64,000 nucleotides of DNA from positions 32,484 to 96,483 of the forward strand of contig RDOA01000006.1 in NCBI GenBank assembly GCA_011364925.1. The letters are read 5' to 3'. The translations under genes were made by a program, and so were the position numbers. Below the pieces are notes generated by a model. That model did not search any database. It saw only the letters and a program-made list of their open reading frames with translations, and was not told the DNA's origin. Below are positions 63,370 to 64,000 of the stretch, one piece after another. Each line of letters starts with the position of its first letter. The stretch's first letter is position 1. Origin of the DNA: Promethearchaeota archaeon. GTDB lineage: Archaea; Asgardarchaeota; Lokiarchaeia; Sigyniarchaeales; SOKP01.

Positions 63370-64000
63370 ATGCAAAAATTAATCTTCTTAGCCTTAGATG
63401 GATTAAGTTGGAATATGATCGAAGAATTAATTGCTAATAAGCAATTAACTAATATTAAAGCCTTAATCGACTCAGGCTCTTCAGCACTTTTAAAAGCTGA
63501 GGGTTTTTTAAGCTCTCCAAAAATTTTTTGTTCAATCTTCACTGGTAAAAAAGTGGAAAAGCATGGGATTAGGGATTTTTACTCGAAAGAAGAAGATTTA
63601 TGTTCTGAGCAGATTTGGGATATCTTAAACCAAGATGGAATTAAAGTTGGTCTGTATAGACCGTTGAGTGTTTGGTCTGCTAGAGATTTAGGTGGATTCT
63701 GTATACCTAATCCTTTACTATTAGAAAAAGAAACATTTCCTCAAAATTTAAGCTTCATTGGAGAACTTGACAAAAAAGCTCGATCAGAAAAGTATTCTCT
63801 CGCTTTTTTATTAAAATTTTTCTGGAAACTCGTAAAATTTGGCTTTCCATTAGGTGAGTTAAGTAAAATTATTAAAAGAGGTGTTTTATTGTTTTTTAAA
63901 AAAGGATTGGAAGAAAGAATGCACCTCTTAAAAGAAATAGAACTAATTATTCATACAAATTTATATTACAAGTTATTAAAAAAATATTCTTTACAGTTTA
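63370..64000 (+). CDS. type I phosphodiesterase/nucleotide pyrophosphatase-like (alkaline phosphatase superfamily) protein, paralog 3, 3'-truncated by the window end
   Basis: My own translation from ATG 63370, open to position 64000, is MQKLIFLALDGLSWNMIEELIANKQLTNIKALIDSGSSALLKAEGFLSSPKIFCSIFTGKKVEKHG... It is colinear with the N-termini of the 45035 and 26860 paralogs. It is absent from the ORF track, which instead lists an antisense 80-aa ORF. Confidence 0.6.
   Translation, partial: MQKLIFLALDGLSWNMIEELIANKQLTNIKALIDSGSSALLKAEGFLSSPKIFCSIFTGKKVEKHGIRDFYSKEEDLCSEQIWDILNQDGIKVGLYRPLSVWSARDLGGFCIPNPLLLEKETFPQNLSFIGELDKKARSEKYSLAFLLKFFWKLVKFGFPLGELSKIIKRGVLLFFKKGLEERMHLLKEIELIIHTNLYYKLLKKYSLQF

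Noticed and set aside
63300-63542. An 80-aa minus-strand ORF from the ORF track
   Set aside because: The + strand here encodes the conserved N-terminus of a third NPP-like paralog (MQKLIFLALDGLSWN...), which stays open to the window end. The minus ORF is antisense noise.
1-64000. A search for tRNA, rRNA, CRISPR arrays, transposases, integrases and prophage or defence genes
   Set aside because: No intergenic GC-rich structured segment resembles a tRNA or rRNA. No repeat-spacer arrays are present. No translation shows transposase (DDE), integrase (R..H..R..Y), nuclease-helicase or Cas-like motifs that I could recognise.

Overview
This is an AT-rich (about 30% GC by eye), densely coded 64 kb window. 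I think it comes from an archaeon, because PheRS alpha/beta, TyrRS, IleRS and PPAT are of the archaeal/eukaryotic type and an AOR and a DUF1512-like protein are present. Eukaryote-like proteins (an LRR protein, a four-domain UBC-fold plus RING/PHD-like protein, a long-type urocanase N-terminus) make an Asgard (Loki-like) origin my best guess. That guess is inference only, since no search could be run. Positions 1-23.4 kb are mostly housekeeping: AOR, Fe-ADH, TyrRS, PPDK, PPAT, pheS-pheT-pheA and RNase PH, plus several membrane/zinc-ribbon proteins. Positions 23.4-64 kb form one very large surface-glycan supercluster. It holds 6 SDR epimerase/dehydratases, at least 5 glycosyltransferases, 2 paralogous Wzx-like flippases and a nonulosonic-acid (SpsF/PseG/NeuB-like) module. 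It also holds a PAPS module (sat, cysC), methyl-, acetyl- and pyruvyl-transferases, and 4 alkaline-phosphatase-superfamily enzymes. The supercluster is interrupted only by ileS and the UBC-fold/RING gene. I recognised no rRNA, tRNA, CRISPR array, transposase or integrase. The observations most worth follow-up are these. (1) A Phe-codon-rich leader ORF with two hairpins lies upstream of the pheS-pheT-pheA operon and looks like an attenuator. (2) The four-UEV/RWD-like-domain protein carries a C4HC3 zinc finger. (3) An RHH-sat-(AP-superfamily enzyme)-cysC operon sits behind a perfect 22-bp palindrome. (4) Three genes have conserved N-termini upstream of any ATG/GTG/TTG, and two of them share a near-identical 20-nt leader ending in an in-frame ATT. 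All functional calls rest on motifs and family resemblance read by eye from the translations, with no database search.
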